This document shows positions 62,757-64,000 of a stretch of DNA of 64,000 nt, piece by piece. The first letter of the stretch is position 1, and each line of letters opens with the position of its first letter. The stretch is from Marsupella aquatica. Lineage: Eukaryota; Plantae; Marchantiophyta. The DNA lies in contig OZ316892.1 in assembly GCA_973895155.1 (NCBI GenBank), positions 23,041,168 to 23,105,167 of the forward strand, read 5' to 3'. The translations under genes and the position numbers were made by a program. The notes under the pieces are model-generated. The model was given only the letters and a program-made list of their open reading frames with translations, had not been told where the DNA came from and ran no database searches.

Positions 62757-64000
62757 ACTTTAAAATTATAGTCGCTATCAGCTGTAGTCAAGCTTGCTTT
62801 CAAATCAATTGTAGAGTTGATAATATTGGTTAGAAAGCAAACTCAAGATTGGATTGGTAAGCTTCAAGTATTATTTGGTGGCTACTCTACTAACGGATAG
62901 TAAAGATACATCCAGTATTTTCTCATATGTGGTGGTTTGTTGGGAATTTTTAAAAGTGGTGAGGTGGATTCAGGCTCAAAATTTCCCCAGGGGTTCTGTT
63001 GAGTAACTTGCTCAGGACAGAGGATTTTGGGATCCCATCCAAATGAATCTGAAGCTTGGCTGGCAGGTCTGAGCTCTTGCCATACAACCCCATGGACCTT
63101 ACCACCCTTCGTGCTTCTGAAAGCTTTTGAGCATATAAAATCTGACCTTCAATATTTCCCTTGATATTGAACCCAATTGGGTACTCTTGTCCTCATTTGG
63201 AAGTAGCTTGGAAAGAAATTTCTTACTAGAGAGTCTAATTAATATAGTCAGCTTTCATTTTGAAAAATAGAGAGCTACAAGTTTTCAAAGAATACGCCAT
63301 ACTTCACTGCCCACATTCATGCTTTCACAAGTTTTTGAGCAGCTCACTTGAACCTTCAATATGACACATCAGCATGATTTCAATTGATATCTCAATTGAC
63401 AACAAAATTCCCACAGTTCAGAAGAGGTTTGGGCGGTAATTAAGGGAGGGGAGGAGTCCAACAAAATAATATATATCACACACAGTGATTCCACCTCACT
63501 GAAAAGTATTGTCTTTGGCTAAAATTTGCTGGGGATTTTGTCTTCCATTAGCCAATTTCCTAACCCCTGGCCACAGACTCCATTAGACAGAATCTGATGG
63601 TTATCCTTAAATCTATGGAGACGTAAAGGTCAGAAATTAATCTGTGAAAATTAAAAGAGGAATATTCTTAGCATCTTCTCCTTACAACAAGGTGATGTTT
63701 GCCACCCCTTGTGAAAAAGTAAAAACCTTGAAAATTACGCTCTATCACACTGCCAAAAAGTAAACACCAAACTTAGAGACAAGATACCAAACACAGGAGC
63801 CTGAATAAATGGCATTTTGGCCCTTTGGTCTTCCTAGTTGTTTACTTTGCAATCTCCCTTTTATAGAGTCTCTTCCTTTGGGATAGTGTCTCCTGGTTGG
63901 GCGCCTATTAGGTCTTCTGTCTTTGTTATTGTGTCTCCCTATTGGGCTCCATTTGTTTTTTGGCAGTATGATATACAGTTGGCTCTCTCTAAGGACAAAC

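Overview
Eukaryotic land-plant nuclear DNA, most likely a liverwort/bryophyte (inferred from GT-AG multi-exon genes, TTTAGGG fragments, and an alpha/beta-hydrolase-NB-ARC-LRR 'HNL'-type gene). Four + strand genes can be reconstructed by hand: (1) the last exon of a katanin-p60-like AAA ATPase (168-301), which the ORF track misses; (2) a 5-exon PLATZ transcription factor (24185-26264); (3) a 6-exon, probably organelle-targeted two-RRM RNA-binding protein (46884-49691); (4) a 5-exon hydrolase-NB-ARC-LRR immune receptor (54674-60963). The NLR carries an in-frame TGA and a 1-nt frameshift. It is the most unusual locus: nine near-identical 138-bp LRR-pair repeats varying mostly at predicted ligand-facing residues, a Ser-to-Cys nucleophile elbow, MHQ in place of MHD, an unexplained C-terminal extension, and ~270-bp direct repeats on both sides. 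Intergenic space holds decayed Copia, LINE and possibly Gypsy elements, solo LTRs, a SINE, MITE-like hairpins, two satellites and several gene-less CpG-rich islands. All calls come from reading the sequence; no database search was run.
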